Part shown: positions 43,550 to 55,100 of the stretch, one piece after another
Layout of the letters: each line of letters opens with the position of its first letter
How positions within the stretch are numbered: the stretch's first letter is position 1
Translations under genes and position numbers: made by a program
Origin: Paramoeba atlantica
Lineage: Eukaryota; Protista; Discosea
Reading direction: 5' to 3'
DNA length: 64,000 bases
Assembly (NCBI GenBank): GCA_977017575.1
Contig: CDRNVI010000063.1
Location: 1-64,000 of the forward strand
The notes under the pieces: generated by a model
What the model was told of the DNA's origin: nothing
Database searches by the model: none
What the model saw: only the letters and a program-made list of their open reading frames with translations

Positions 43550-46500
43550 TCCGTTTCCTGTTTGGTATACTTCTGTGATTTCGTTGATTCCTTTGCTCCG
43601 GACTCATCCCTTCATGTTCTGAATTCGCTTCGGAAGAGACGTACGATGTCGAGAAAGCGATCGTAATGTCCTTTTCTAGTGCTGATTGGAGAAGAGGAAC
43701 AAACGCCTGACGTATATCGTCCAAACAAATACTTGTTTGCTCGCGAAGCAAACCATCACTGGTCAGTCCAGATTCAATACGTTTCTCTAGCCGATTCCCC
43801 ACCTTAAAAGTGTTAGTAATAGACGTTCGAATCACTTCTTGAATGGCTTTCATTTCTTGTAAGAATACAGAAACCGGAGACCTTGGCGGAATTCCCGGAT
43901 CTCGGACACACAACGCTACTCGAGGCGTGCCTTGACCGTTGGCATACTTACTCAATTTGTGCGCCGTAAACCTGTACTCCTTACGAAGAAATCTTTTCAT
44001 GGACAACAGAAGTAATGCGGTAACGGAATGACGCACCTGTTCCATCGCAAGTTGCAACTCATCCCCGTCAGGTTCGGAATCCGAAACGCTCCCGCGAGAA
44101 CGTTTCCCTCTTAGCGCGGGTTTCCTCCATGTCTTCCTCTTCTTCGGTACCTGAAGCTGCACTTGAAGATCCTCCGGATCCAGCAGCGTAACCTCCGAGG
44201 TGCAGCACTCCAACACAAACATCACCTCCTCCTCCACGCGGTACGGAAGAAACGCAAGGGTTTGTGTCACCACACTCTGGGCGCGTGCAAATTCCAAAAC
44301 CTCTTCCATCCCCATTTCCTTCCTCTCTTTACCTGAAAACAGAACCCCGAGCATTTTTTCACCCCCAAGGCCATGAACCACTGACCGCAGAAACCCCTCC
44401 CGTCGTCTCTGTCCTTTCCGCAACGCCCCATACAGCGCCGCGTGTCGACTCCTGGGCGCCACCCTCTCCCCGCTGCTGCCCTCCTCATACATGCAATACC
44501 CCGTAACCTCTTCCCTTTCGCTGCCGTCGACCCCCCCCTGTCCCTCCTGGCTGTGCCTCCAGTACCCATATGAGGCCAGCACGACCCCCGGGGCCTGGGA
44601 GACCACACTCGCGGCATCGTTCTCCCAGAGCCCCTGCCAGGCCCTCACGGCCTCAGCGCTTTCGCTGCCGGCGAGCAGCAGTGGGGGAAGGAACCAGTGC
44701 GGGGCGACGACGGATTGGCGCAGCACGGTGAGGAGGAGACGAAGGGCTAAGGCCCGAAGAGGGGAGGGGGAGAGGGGGGAGACGCAGAGGGCCACGATCT
44801 CGGGATGGAACCGCTGGATGAGCCAGAGGGTCATGCCGCTGGAGCGGTCGGGTTGGGAGGAGCGGCGGGGGAGGGGGGATTCGGGGGGGTTGGGGCTCAG
44901 GGGGGGTAGGAAGGGGGTTGTGGCGGTTCGAGAGGTTTGGGTTTTAGGGTTGTGCGTTTCTTTTGGGGTTTGTGGGGAAGAGGGTATTTTTTGTGGGTTG
45001 TTCGTTTGGTTTATTTTTTGGTTTTGGTTTTGTTGTTGTTTTTCACGATCGCGTCGAATTTCTTGTCGTACCGCGGCTTCGATACGTTTTTCTTCCTCGG
45101 TTAAAAAGTCATGGATAAACCATAGGGCTTGACGTTGGAGTGCGGTGCGTTCCTCAGGGGAGAGGCTTTCGTGGGTGGATTCCAGCGAGAGGGATTGCCG
45201 TAAGACGGTTTCACATAAGGGGAGGTAGTCCACGGGTCGTGCAATGCACAACGACCCGAAGGCGCGTAATAACACCGGCAGGAGTTTTCCTTTAGCGTTA
45301 TTTTCGTTTGCCTCGACGTGTGACATCAGCGTACGAAACAGGGTGTAGAGATTGTGGTAAATCCCCGCTCCTCGACAAAGAGACGCGTTGTCCGAATCTC
45401 TTGAAAGGAGACTCGGCTTGAGAGAAGAAAAACAGGGAGGAAACCGGCGCAGAAATTGAGAGAGAATGAATAAAAACCGAAGGACAAACGCAACGTTGTG
45501 ATCCGTGCCATCAGGTAGAGAATTTGACCCCGTGCTTTTATGGTTTGTGCTCTGTACGCTCGCCTGTGTCCATTTTTGAGACACCGTACTTAGCCGAACG
45601 TAGTATTGATTGTATATCCCATACACCGCCTGTAGAGCAGGCAAGTACCCTTTTTCAAGCCTCTCTGCCATTGTAGAGGAATCGACCGAGGCGTAGAGCG
45701 TCTCCGAGGGCAGTAACCCACAGAGTGTGTCAATACACTGGATTAACACACGTTGGGGAAAATCACCAACGTGTCGGGAGAGTACTCGAGAGAGTGGGTT
45801 GTAGACTAGAGTAGAGAGACTCTCCCAACGGTTAAGAGAGGCGTGATTTTGCAGAGATGATTGTGTGGGGTCTAAACGACGCACTTTAAGAGAAGTAATC
45901 ACCGCTTTTACAGCCCCACAGGTGTGAATAAACACCACCACCTCGTCGGTGCTTGGACGAGAAGCTTGTGGGGAAGTTGCACTGTTTTTTTCTGTACAGG
46001 AAAGGTAGCTGCAGAGGGAGGAGAAGTGAGCAGGTTTAAGGGCGTGCGGAACCAGAGTAAGCAGGAGATGGAGAGAGGCCATGAGACTTCCTTTGGGGCA
46101 GGTGCTCGGGAGGAGGTTTGGGTGGGAAGTCATTGTAGGGGTAGGGTTGTGGAGATCGCGAAGAAGCGCTAGGAGTCGAGTCACAAGTTGCTGTACATGG
46201 TGCTCTCGAGATTGTCGGACTGTTGCACTTTTGGCTTGAGTACGTGTATTCTGTTTGTTAGTTGATGTGTCTTTGTCTTCGGAAGTGTAGTTTGAAACCA
46301 GAGAGGTCTCAGACTCCTCACCAAGAATGCATGCGAGAGCTTGAAAAAGAGAACTCGATTCGGTTGCGACCTGTTCAAAGGGAGGATCAGGCGAATCTGC
46401 ACAGACCAGGTGTATGAACAAGGACAGTGCTTGGTCCCATGTCGTCTTTAACGCTTCGTCTGCGCCGCGGGAACGGACATGTAAATGTGTTGATCTGTCC

Positions 46501-49500
46501 TCATGCTCACTACCCGATCTTTCAGACAAATCGTTGTCCTTTCCACCAAGCGCCTTAGGGTCGGTTTCGGAAAACAGAACACTCCAAATTGTCTCCGCGA
46601 CACTCCGATGTATTTTCACTTTATCGGCCTCCATCCAGGAAGTCTTTTTCAACAACTCACAGAGCACATGAAATCGAATGCGGTACATCCCTGCCACCTG
46701 CTTCCGTTTTCCCTCTTCCAATAAATTCTGAAGCACCCCGAGCGCTCGTTTCGCTACCAGCTCACTCGAGTCCCCGACGGCCTCAAGCACACTCTTCAAA
46801 AGCGAGCCATACATTTTCTCCGTGTGCTGTGCAAAAAAGCGAACACAGAGCGGAAGCAATTGAAGCACGGCTTCTCGAACAATCGCACTGTCATCCCGCA
46901 GTGCCCGGAGCAATGAAGGCCAAAGCGTACGAAACGCTGAGGAGTCAACCGTGAAATAACTTTTCAGTAACCCGACCACTTTTTTACGAAGTGAAGCCCC
47001 GCACCCGGGATGGAGAAATGCACTCAGGAGCGCATAGACCAAACGCTGAGTAAAAGAATGGGAGAAAACATTTTGCGTTTGGGCTTTAGTACTAAAAATT
47101 AAATAAAGCACCATCCCTCGTAGCGAATCGAGACGACTAGGGGGAGGTAGAAAAGACGAAGAGCCTCGAGAGAAGCTCTTTTTGACTTCGATCGAGATAT
47201 GAGGCAGACAAAGCCAGAACTCCGGAGGTAACGCTATACAGGAGGCCGATCCCCCGCGGTCGAGTGAGTTGCGGAGTTCACGATGCAATACACTGTGGTA
47301 AAACTCAGCCGCTGCGGTGTGTTGCGCAAAGTCCAATATTTCATTTTTTGTTTCGCTTTCGGAGGCGCGTTTGCGTTCGTTCGTTTCCCACTCGTGTGTG
47401 AGGGTGGAGAGAGCCGCGAGGATGGCTGTGGCATTTTCGGGATTCTCAATTAATTCGGATTGTAGAGATCGGAAGAGTAGACATCTCGCGCGATGAGTCT
47501 CTTCGGGGTAGTCCTTGGTAGAGTTTGGGTCCAGGAGAGGGGTAGTCGGGCCATTTTTCATAACTTTTCCATGTTTCTTTTTTCTTACCGATTTTGTGGA
47601 CGTTTCAACCAGCTCTAGAAGTTTAGTAGGAGTACGAAACCAGTCGTCGTAGAGCCGATCAAGAACTTGAGTTAGTGCACTGGACGTGCTTTGTGAGATT
47701 TCGATTCCATTCCCCGAGGGATCGACCGTTTTATGAATAGGAACATGAGGGGGTAGAATAGCCTTTTCTTCAAAATATTTCGAATGTATCGTTGACCAAC
47801 GCAAAATTTGCGTCAGTGTGTGAAGCCCCCAATATAAAATTTTGTCACGCTGGGCAGAAGTTAAGTTTTCGAAAGGAACAAAATTCGCTGCACGTTCTTG
47901 ATGATCCTCTTGCAAGAGTGGACGTACGCAGTGAGCCAAAATGTAATTGGTTAGATGCATGACGAAGGGAGCAGCGTGAGGATATTGGGGAAGAGTGGCA
48001 CAAAACAAGGCGTCCTCTAAAAGGTGGTCAAACCATTTTTGGAGTACTGCGGGATCTTCTTGAACAATACGCTCGGATCGAGCTGGACGTGAAGGTTTAG
48101 CCTTACGTGTTTTTCTCTCCTCAAACTCAGGATTTGCGGCATTGTCGATGGGTTTCACCGCCTCAAGTATACCAAAGGAAGAGAGAACGTGAGTACAAAG
48201 CGATTGCGATATTCTTGCCATTGTTTCGTGCAGCCCTGTGGAGTCAGAGGGCTGTGAGAGGAGAAGCAGTTGAACCAGTGAGCTAAAAATGGTAATATTT
48301 TTGCCCTCGATTGGAAGATGCAAGTAATTGTCGAGATCAACAGCACGAGTCATACTATTTAAAACCTGATAGCGAAGAAAATCGCAAAGATCAGATGTTG
48401 TGTCCTCTTGCAATCGCGCAGATACTTCACAGGCCATAGTCGTGCTATTGTAAATCATTACGCGTGGTATACATAAGCTATGTAGCAAAGCTACCGCTGG
48501 ACTCACATGCGACGTGATGCTGTTGATCGGTATACATAACGTTTGAAGGGCAAAATTAGCCAACTGCTCTCTCCTTTCAATTTCTTGGAGCAACGGACAG
48601 CGTGTCCAACGTAAGACACGAATGAAGTTACGAAAAATGGTAGAGAGGACGTCCGACAAGCAACCAAGAAAGTTTTTGAGGGAACCATCATTCTTCTCAG
48701 GAGGACAGTTCCGCTCTTTCGCCTTTCTGCGATTTGTGGTTTGAACAGGAAACACGTCGCAAGCCACTTCACGTGCAAGTTTTGTGAAGCCTCGTACAAC
48801 GCTGCTAAGAAGGTTCATCACAGAATCCAATAGCTCCAAAGACATGGACAAGGCATGAAAGTCATGGAGAGAGACATATTGGTCGCTGGCTAGCTCCTTT
48901 AAATCTTTTTGAGGGTTTTCAAAAGTAGGCGCTTTGCGATCAAACGTTTCCATGGGTACTGTCCATAGTGCACTTAGGACGCCGATACGAAAAGCATTGA
49001 GCAGATGTGCTATCCATTCTTCGAACCCATTTTTTGAGGATGAGTGTAACGTTGCTAAATTTGTGCATTGTGTGAATGCATTTATCGATTTGATGGCGTT
49101 TTTTGAGAAATTTAAGACATTGACCTGATTTTCTCTCGATGAGGGACATGCAAAGAGAGATAATACTTCATGCGATCTTTCGAAAGTGAGACCATTTACT
49201 CGATCTCTAGTTTTTTCTGAGACATAAAGGAAACACTCAAGTGTGGTGCGAAGAGGATACTTGTCCTTGTACAGGTCGGTGAAGACAGCCAGCCACGTCC
49301 TCCAAGATCCCAAGTCATTGCATAAAAAATCGACAGCAGGCACAGTCTCGCACAATTCCTTCACTGGATCAAATATTTTCTCAGGTTTCCGCGCCGGACG
49401 CTGTCTCTTCGCACTCAGTTCAGACTTTATTTTTTCCTTTGTCTTTTGCTCTCTAATTTGCAAACTCAAGTCAGACACACAAGATTCCGTAGCCGCAAGC

Positions 49501-50759
49501 ATAGTTTCCGAAACCGCGTCAGTTTTCGAAACCATGCCACGCGCGGTGTCCTCTTTCTGGGCACATTTTGCCCTCGTACGTGAACCTACTCCCTCCCCAC
49601 GTAAAACATTTTTCTGAACCAACGATACTCTAGATTCGGTCACCAGATCCAATTTTTCGTCCTTTAAAGTCAAATCACATTTTCGAATCCCCTGGGATTG
49701 TTTTTCTCTTGCTGCAGTCGAAATTGTTTGCGCAATCTCTTCCTCTTTAAACTCTGGTGGAGTTTGCGTCGCCTCCATACTTGAGTCCACTCTTCCCATA
49801 CTTAAAAACGCCCCACTTTCTTTTTTCTTCGATAGCGACACCGAAGAAGAGCTTGCAACGTCCTCGGGCAGTGACATGTCAACCTTCCCGGCCAGTACCG
49901 AAATGTTTCCTAACTGCGAGACCGTTTCTCGGCTCCTCATTTGAAGAGGAACCGGCTGGGCGGATGCCAGACGCTCACGGGTTTTCGCAGAGCCGACAAC
50001 GGACGAAGCCTTTTCCTTTTCTTTATTCTCATTTATGATTCCCGGGTTTGCGAGCTGCACGACTTGCCGGGCCATCCGACTGATCAGCGTGTCCTCATTC
50101 AGCCACGCAGCGCCTTCAGGGTTCAGTGACTCCTCTCGAAACGGGGCCTCGGAGTTCAGCTGCAGATGCGTAATACAGGACTGCTTGTAGGATTGGAGAA
50201 TACGATCCGAGAGGTCGGGCTCGGAGGGAAGCGACCCGTCACACTCTCGTGGTAGCCAGTTGGTAACTCGTGGGGTATCGGTCTCAGGAAACACATCGGG
50301 CTCTGTACTTGTATTAACATTCAAGTTTGCGTGTTTGGCGTCTGTTCCAGAGTACGGCAGATTATCTTTTGCAAAGGAAGATTCATTTTTTTCGTGTTGC
50401 AGAGATGACTCAACTTTGTCTCTTGTTGTTTCCTCGTTCTCAAATGGTTGTTCTTCCTGTAATCCAAAAAAAGTATCGTACAACCCCGGGGCGAGTATTT
50501 CACGTAAGTTTGGGGGGTGAAGGACACGGCCTTTAGTCGCCTCTGGGCTTTCACTGTCTTCGTAACTTTGTACACGTGGGGAACTCGAAAAGAGAAAACG
50601 ATCCGGAAATTCAAAGCAAGGCAGCGGGAGAGCCTCGAGTAGGGAGGGTGAGATATCAATAAGGTTGTGAAAGCAAAAAGGGGGAGGCAGCCGCAGAGAG
50701 GAGTCGGGGGTCGGGGAAGAAGATTCGACAGGGGAAGATGTAGGGTCTGGGGTTTCCAT
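43434..50759 (-). CDS. SCC2: Cohesin loader Scc2/Nipped-B (NIPBL) HEAT-repeat protein
   Basis: ASLRKKVVGLL, DDSAIVREAVLQLL, VAKRALGVL HEAT motifs and C-terminal LAFLPYRVEEEVMFV (cf. LAxFPYxxxEEPLF) in a 2441-aa ORF. Confidence 0.85.
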   Translation of the reverse strand: METPDPTSSPVESSSPTPDSSLRLPPPFCFHNLIDISPSLLEALPLPCFEFPDRFLFSSSPRVQSYEDSESPEATKGRVLHPPNLREILAPGLYDTFFGLQEEQPFENEETTRDKVESSLQHEKNESSFAKDNLPYSGTDAKHANLNVNTSTEPDVFPETDTPRVTNWLPRECDGSLPSEPDLSDRILQSYKQSCITHLQLNSEAPFREESLNPEGAAWLNEDTLISRMARQVVQLANPGIINENKEKEKASSVVGSAKTRERLASAQPVPLQMRSRETVSQLGNISVLAGKVDMSLPEDVASSSSVSLSKKKESGAFLSMGRVDSSMEATQTPPEFKEEEIAQTISTAAREKQSQGIRKCDLTLKDEKLDLVTESRVSLVQKNVLRGEGVGSRTRAKCAQKEDTARGMVSKTDAVSETMLAATESCVSDLSLQIREQKTKEKIKSELSAKRQRPARKPEKIFDPVKELCETVPAVDFLCNDLGSWRTWLAVFTDLYKDKYPLRTTLECFLYVSEKTRDRVNGLTFERSHEVLSLFACPSSRENQVNVLNFSKNAIKSINAFTQCTNLATLHSSSKNGFEEWIAHLLNAFRIGVLSALWTVPMETFDRKAPTFENPQKDLKELASDQYVSLHDFHALSMSLELLDSVMNLLSSVVRGFTKLAREVACDVFPVQTTNRRKAKERNCPPEKNDGSLKNFLGCLSDVLSTIFRNFIRVLRWTRCPLLQEIERREQLANFALQTLCIPINSITSHVSPAVALLHSLCIPRVMIYNSTTMACEVSARLQEDTTSDLCDFLRYQVLNSMTRAVDLDNYLHLPIEGKNITIFSSLVQLLLLSQPSDSTGLHETMARISQSLCTHVLSSFGILEAVKPIDNAANPEFEERKTRKAKPSRPARSERIVQEDPAVLQKWFDHLLEDALFCATLPQYPHAAPFVMHLTNYILAHCVRPLLQEDHQERAANFVPFENLTSAQRDKILYWGLHTLTQILRWSTIHSKYFEEKAILPPHVPIHKTVDPSGNGIEISQSTSSALTQVLDRLYDDWFRTPTKLLELVETSTKSVRKKKHGKVMKNGPTTPLLDPNSTKDYPEETHRARCLLFRSLQSELIENPENATAILAALSTLTHEWETNERKRASESETKNEILDFAQHTAAAEFYHSVLHRELRNSLDRGGSASCIALPPEFWLCLPHISIEVKKSFSRGSSSFLPPPSRLDSLRGMVLYLIFSTKAQTQNVFSHSFTQRLVYALLSAFLHPGCGASLRKKVVGLLKSYFTVDSSAFRTLWPSLLRALRDDSAIVREAVLQLLPLCVRFFAQHTEKMYGSLLKSVLEAVGDSSELVAKRALGVLQNLLEEGKRKQVAGMYRIRFHVLCELLKKTSWMEADKVKIHRSVAETIWSVLFSETDPKALGGKDNDLSERSGSEHEDRSTHLHVRSRGADEALKTTWDQALSLFIHLVCADSPDPPFEQVATESSSLFQALACILGEESETSLVSNYTSEDKDTSTNKQNTRTQAKSATVRQSREHHVQQLVTRLLALLRDLHNPTPTMTSHPNLLPSTCPKGSLMASLHLLLTLVPHALKPAHFSSLCSYLSCTEKNSATSPQASRPSTDEVVVFIHTCGAVKAVITSLKVRRLDPTQSSLQNHASLNRWESLSTLVYNPLSRVLSRHVGDFPQRVLIQCIDTLCGLLPSETLYASVDSSTMAERLEKGYLPALQAVYGIYNQYYVRLSTVSQKWTQASVQSTNHKSTGSNSLPDGTDHNVAFVLRFLFILSQFLRRFPPCFSSLKPSLLSRDSDNASLCRGAGIYHNLYTLFRTLMSHVEANENNAKGKLLPVLLRAFGSLCIARPVDYLPLCETVLRQSLSLESTHESLSPEERTALQRQALWFIHDFLTEEEKRIEAAVRQEIRRDREKQQQNQNQKINQTNNPQKIPSSPQTPKETHNPKTQTSRTATTPFLPPLSPNPPESPLPRRSSQPDRSSGMTLWLIQRFHPEIVALCVSPLSPSPLRALALRLLLTVLRQSVVAPHWFLPPLLLAGSESAEAVRAWQGLWENDAASVVSQAPGVVLASYGYWRHSQEGQGGVDGSEREEVTGYCMYEEGSSGERVAPRSRHAALYGALRKGQRRREGFLRSVVHGLGGEKMLGVLFSGKERKEMGMEEVLEFARAQSVVTQTLAFLPYRVEEEVMFVLECCTSEVTLLDPEDLQVQLQVPKKRKTWRKPALRGKRSRGSVSDSEPDGDELQLAMEQVRHSVTALLLLSMKRFLRKEYRFTAHKLSKYANGQGTPRVALCVRDPGIPPRSPVSVFLQEMKAIQEVIRTSITNTFKVGNRLEKRIESGLTSDGLLREQTSICLDDIRQAFVPLLQSALEKDITIAFSTSYVSSEANSEHEGMSPEQRNQRNHRSIPNRKRSVQNRRIGNNQKREIESTGTSSAGESISFLDSDSSEDC

Positions 50760-50950
50760 GGCTAGGTTGGGGGCAAAAATTGATACAATGTACTAGAGAT
50801 GATCACAAGAACAAAGTAAAATGAGGGAAAAAAGTTTTCCTGCTGCCCTGATTGTTTTCCAAGGTAAAAGATATTGTATACTGGATTTAAATCCATTTTT
50901 TGGTTTGAATGGATAATTTAATTATTCAAACTACAATTATTTTTAGGACC

Positions 50951-51706
50951 CTATTCCGCTTCGAACGCATCCATACGATATGTTGAGATGGGCAAATCCG
51001 ACGGAGAGATCGCCGTCCCGGTGCGTATCATCGCCTTCACGCGGTTAATCAACAGTCTGCGATTACTCCAGAACTGGTCCTGGGTCCGCTTGTAGTGCAC
51101 GTAACGATTCTCCGCCTCCGCATCCAGAATCTTCTTCGACATCCCCGCAAAACTTCGATGGATATTAATCCACTTCGAGCGGTGATCTCGCAACAGCTTA
51201 CTCTCCTCGTAGTCTACATAGTAGTAAGGCTCATCATAATTGGAGCGCATCCCCGAGGGGGTGCCATGTCTCCATTTCATATGGGCCAACAAACACTGGT
51301 ACCGTATGGAGTGAAGCGTCCAGTAGTTCGTCCACCACCGGTCCACAATGCCGTGGCTCTCGGCTTTAATCCGCTGCGGGGGTCGTCGAATCTCACTCAC
51401 ATGAAAATGAGCCGGGATGGTGTCCAGAATCTCCGCGAGCGCCTCGCGGCTGTAGCGCAGGTGGAGCAGCGTTCGCTTTCCTTTGGTCCAGCGGGAGAAC
51501 ACGGAGGGCCAGCAGGAGAGGAAATTGGTCTCGCGGTAGACCGGGCGGAAGGGGTTGCGTTTCCAGTCGCGTGGGTTGATCCAGTGTCGCTGGTTAAGGT
51601 TCCAGTGCCCGGGAAACATGTAGGGGATAAATTTAAGGGGGGAGGAGCGCGGGGGGTCCTGCATCCGGGGGGTGGAGGCGAGATGGAGAGGGGAGCGAAG
51701 CAGCAT
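50951..51706 (-). CDS. Basic Trp/Tyr/Arg-rich 251-aa protein, probable mitochondrial (mitoribosome-like composition)
   Basis: MLLRSPLHLAS presequence-like start; cluster strand; family not identified. Confidence 0.65.
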   Translation of the reverse strand: MLLRSPLHLASTPRMQDPPRSSPLKFIPYMFPGHWNLNQRHWINPRDWKRNPFRPVYRETNFLSCWPSVFSRWTKGKRTLLHLRYSREALAEILDTIPAHFHVSEIRRPPQRIKAESHGIVDRWWTNYWTLHSIRYQCLLAHMKWRHGTPSGMRSNYDEPYYYVDYEESKLLRDHRSKWINIHRSFAGMSKKILDAEAENRYVHYKRTQDQFWSNRRLLINRVKAMIRTGTAISPSDLPISTYRMDAFEAE

Positions 51707-52180
51707 GGGGGCGTGGGAAGAGGTGGGAGGAGAAAGGGGAGTAAAGAGAAAGAGAGTTTGGAAAATGAAGAAAAATAAAAAAATATGGGCAGTAGGCGAG
51801 GAAATAGGAGTAACACGAGAAATGCTTTAAGCAAGAAGAAATAATTTGTTTTATTTTGCGTAATCTTTTTGAAAGATAAAAAATAGAGAGATAAAAAAGG
51901 GGAATAGGGGAAGAGAAAAATTATCTCCTCCCATTTTTTTGGGGGATCTTCGGGGGTTTCACGCGTTTTAAGCAGAACTGCAGACATTGTTTCATGTCTG
52001 TAAAGAGAAAAAGATAAATAATCTTTGATGGCGTATTCGTACGAGAAACACAACAAACAATTTGGCACACAAAATTTAGAATATAGAGACTATGCACCGT
52101 TTTTCTCATCCTGGTGTACTCTGCCCGTTCGCACTCATTGTAACTTCGACAGAATAGCACTTTTTTCAAGGATTTTGACC

Positions 52181-55100
52181 TTATTCGGTAGATTCATTCT
52201 GAGCACGAGACCAATTCTCCAAAATAGACACCAATGAGGGATCAGCTGTTCTGCCTTGCTGCGAAAACGTCGGCGACCACCCACTCTCCTCTAGCTCCCC
52301 CAGGGAGAGAGAAGGCTCGAAGTGCTCAAACGCACCTGACTCCGGTTGGACCGAACCCTTTCCCAGCTCTCTTATTCCTTTCCCATTTTGGTTGTTTTGG
52401 TCTTGTTGAAGCGTTGCCATTTTAAGCGCGGAAAGCACCTTGGAGGCATCACGTGCGGCATCCACATATTCAGACGGATTCAATTCCTCCCCAGCATTTA
52501 ATGGCTCATCCTGCTCACTATTTTCTTCCGTAGGAAAGGAAATGGAAAAGGGATCTAGAGTGGTTGGAGACGCACCCGATCCCACATAAGAGCCAGGAGA
52601 AGAGGAGTATCCTAACATAAAGTTTTCCTCAAATGTATTTCCAGAGGGAGGCTGACGCTGAAAGTGCTCAAACGCCCCTGGGAGAGAACCTCCTCGTATC
52701 TGAGAGCTATCCCTTAAGGGTCTTCCCATCCCTTGGGTAAAATGAGAAGAATTCGAACCCAAGACATTTGTAGAATAGGGTACAAAATTTACCCCTTGTT
52801 CTGCTTCACCTAGTGGGTGAGAATCCCAACCTGGATGTACACTTTGTTTTTCCAAAGAAGGCATCCCTGTTCCCGTTACCTCGGGAATGAAACCCCCTTT
52901 CATTTTAGGTAACGACCCCACCCGTCCTGCACGGTTTTCTTTTTTCCCTACAGAGGAGGCAACAGGGGCATAGGACGACCCCAGGGGATTGTATACATTT
53001 CCCAACCCGACCTCAGGGGTCATGGGAAAGGACAGGAAGGTCTCTTTCGAGGGATGGACCCCCGAGAGCCTTTGTCTTATCTTATTTTTCCCCTTTGCAT
53101 GGTTCAACTGTGGTTCAGGGAGAGCCGGCCTCCCTGAAGAAGAGAACCCGCTCTCTCCCCATGCCGCGGGATAATCCTTCACTCCTTGAGGACTTGTCGG
53201 GTTCGACCCCCCCGTTGTCGAGGGGATAAAGGGGGTTTGAAGAGTTAAACCTTCATAAAAATGCGGAGAGCTTTCATGAAACATTGGAGAAGCTTCATGC
53301 ATTTCCCTCCGATGACCCAAAGGGAGGGTAGCCCCATGGGGGTGGGGGAGAGGAAAAGGAAAAGCCACTGACGACATCGTTGTCGTCGTTGCCGTTGTCG
53401 TCGTAGGGGGAGGTCCCATGGGATGGGGTAGCGCCATGGGATTCATTAGCGTTTCCCATTTTCGTTCCTTCCTTCCACTTTCCCCTTTCTCCCAACCCCC
53501 CCTCGTGGGTAGCACGTGGGTATAGGCGTTGGGTGGCACCGGGGGTGGTTGGAGAGGGGGAAGGGGTCCATGCCCTGGAGGGCCGTGAGGCCCCATGGGA
53601 CCCGGGAAGGCTGGGGTCATGGGAAAGGGGGAAGGGAGGGTACTGCTGCTACTACTCTCATGAGGAGGGTAGAGGGGGGGAGGGGGGAAGGTACCGGTTT
53701 GTGGTGGTGGTGGTGGTGGCAGTGGCAACTCCATGGGTTGCTGCTGCTGTTGTTGTTGTTGGGGTAAGGAAGGCGTTGTATTTGCATTTGGTATACGATA
53801 CATATTTGTTGTTGTTGAGGCAGGAATCCCTTGAGGATAAACCCGTTCAGAAGGAATCCCTTGAGAAGGAACCCGTTCAGAAGGAATCCCTTGAGGATAA
53901 ACCCGTTCAGAAGGAACCGCTTGAGGAGGAACCCGTTCGGAAGGAACCCCTTGAGGAGGAGCCCGTTCAGAAGGAACCCCTTGAGGAGAAACCCTTTGAG
54001 GAGAAGCTCTTTGAGAAAGAACCCCTTGAGGGGAAGGAATCTCTTGGTAAGGGAGATGGCTCCTTGCTCCATAGGGGGTAGGGGGTGGAAAGGGAAGGAA
54101 GGGTAGGGTGGAGGAGGAGGGGTGAGGTAACGAAGGATCAGGGAAGGGCAAAGCTTGGGAGGGATAGGGGAGGGAAGGGGGTAGTGGGGGTCGTTGTGGA
54201 GAGGAACGTGTGGAGGGATGAGGGGAAATGTGGGGTGGAGCGTAGGGCGGGGGTTCGTGGGTAGAAGAACAGCTGGGGAAGGGTAAACTTTGGGAAGGAT
54301 GTATTGTCAGGGGAGGAGCTACCAGAGGGAAGGGGGGAGGAAGAGCCCCGGGAGGAGTTTTGTGAAGAGCAGAAGGACTCAAGGTTGTGTGCGGAGTGAC
54401 ATGAGGAGAGTGGAATGTGGAGGTAGGGAGGACGTCTCGGAGCGGTGGGGCGTCTTTGGCAATGTTGTCAGGGAGGCCGGAACTGTGCAGTAGTGATTCT
54501 GCCTCGAGAGACAAACCGTTTTTTTCGTCACCCCCTGGAGAGGTCAAAGGCTTTTTCGACGTTTCTGAGTGACGCAATTCGCGAGTTTCCCCAGTTTTTA
54601 TCCCTCTTTTGGACTTGTTTGACGAACGAGACAACAATGGTGGGGTGGATGGGACAGGAGAGCGAGGAGATTTGGAACGACTGTAAGATAATGTAGATGA
54701 ATCATCCTGCTTTTCGATTGTTGTATCGTGTAGTGCTTTTCCGGTTGATGCGTTCAGTAGTTGGGGTTCCGCACGCTTAGATTCCTTGGTTTTCGTTTCC
54801 CCTGTAGCACTTTCTTTTTGAGCTCTCACATGTGAGATAGAATTTTCCAAGTCGCGTAATGTAACGGAATAATCATCCAAAATGGCCTGCTTACGAGCTA
54901 CTTTTGAGCGCATTAGTTTTAGCTTTTGACGGGTTTGACGCTCTTGAGAGACGATATCTGTAATTTTTCTCTCTGTGGTACTTTTCTCTGAGAGAAGTTG
55001 CGACAAGTCTTCGGTAAGCTTTGCGGTTTCAGCACGGACGGCGCTTGTAGCTTCTTGAATTTCCTTGATTTCACATGATAAAGATTTGTCCCCATAATCA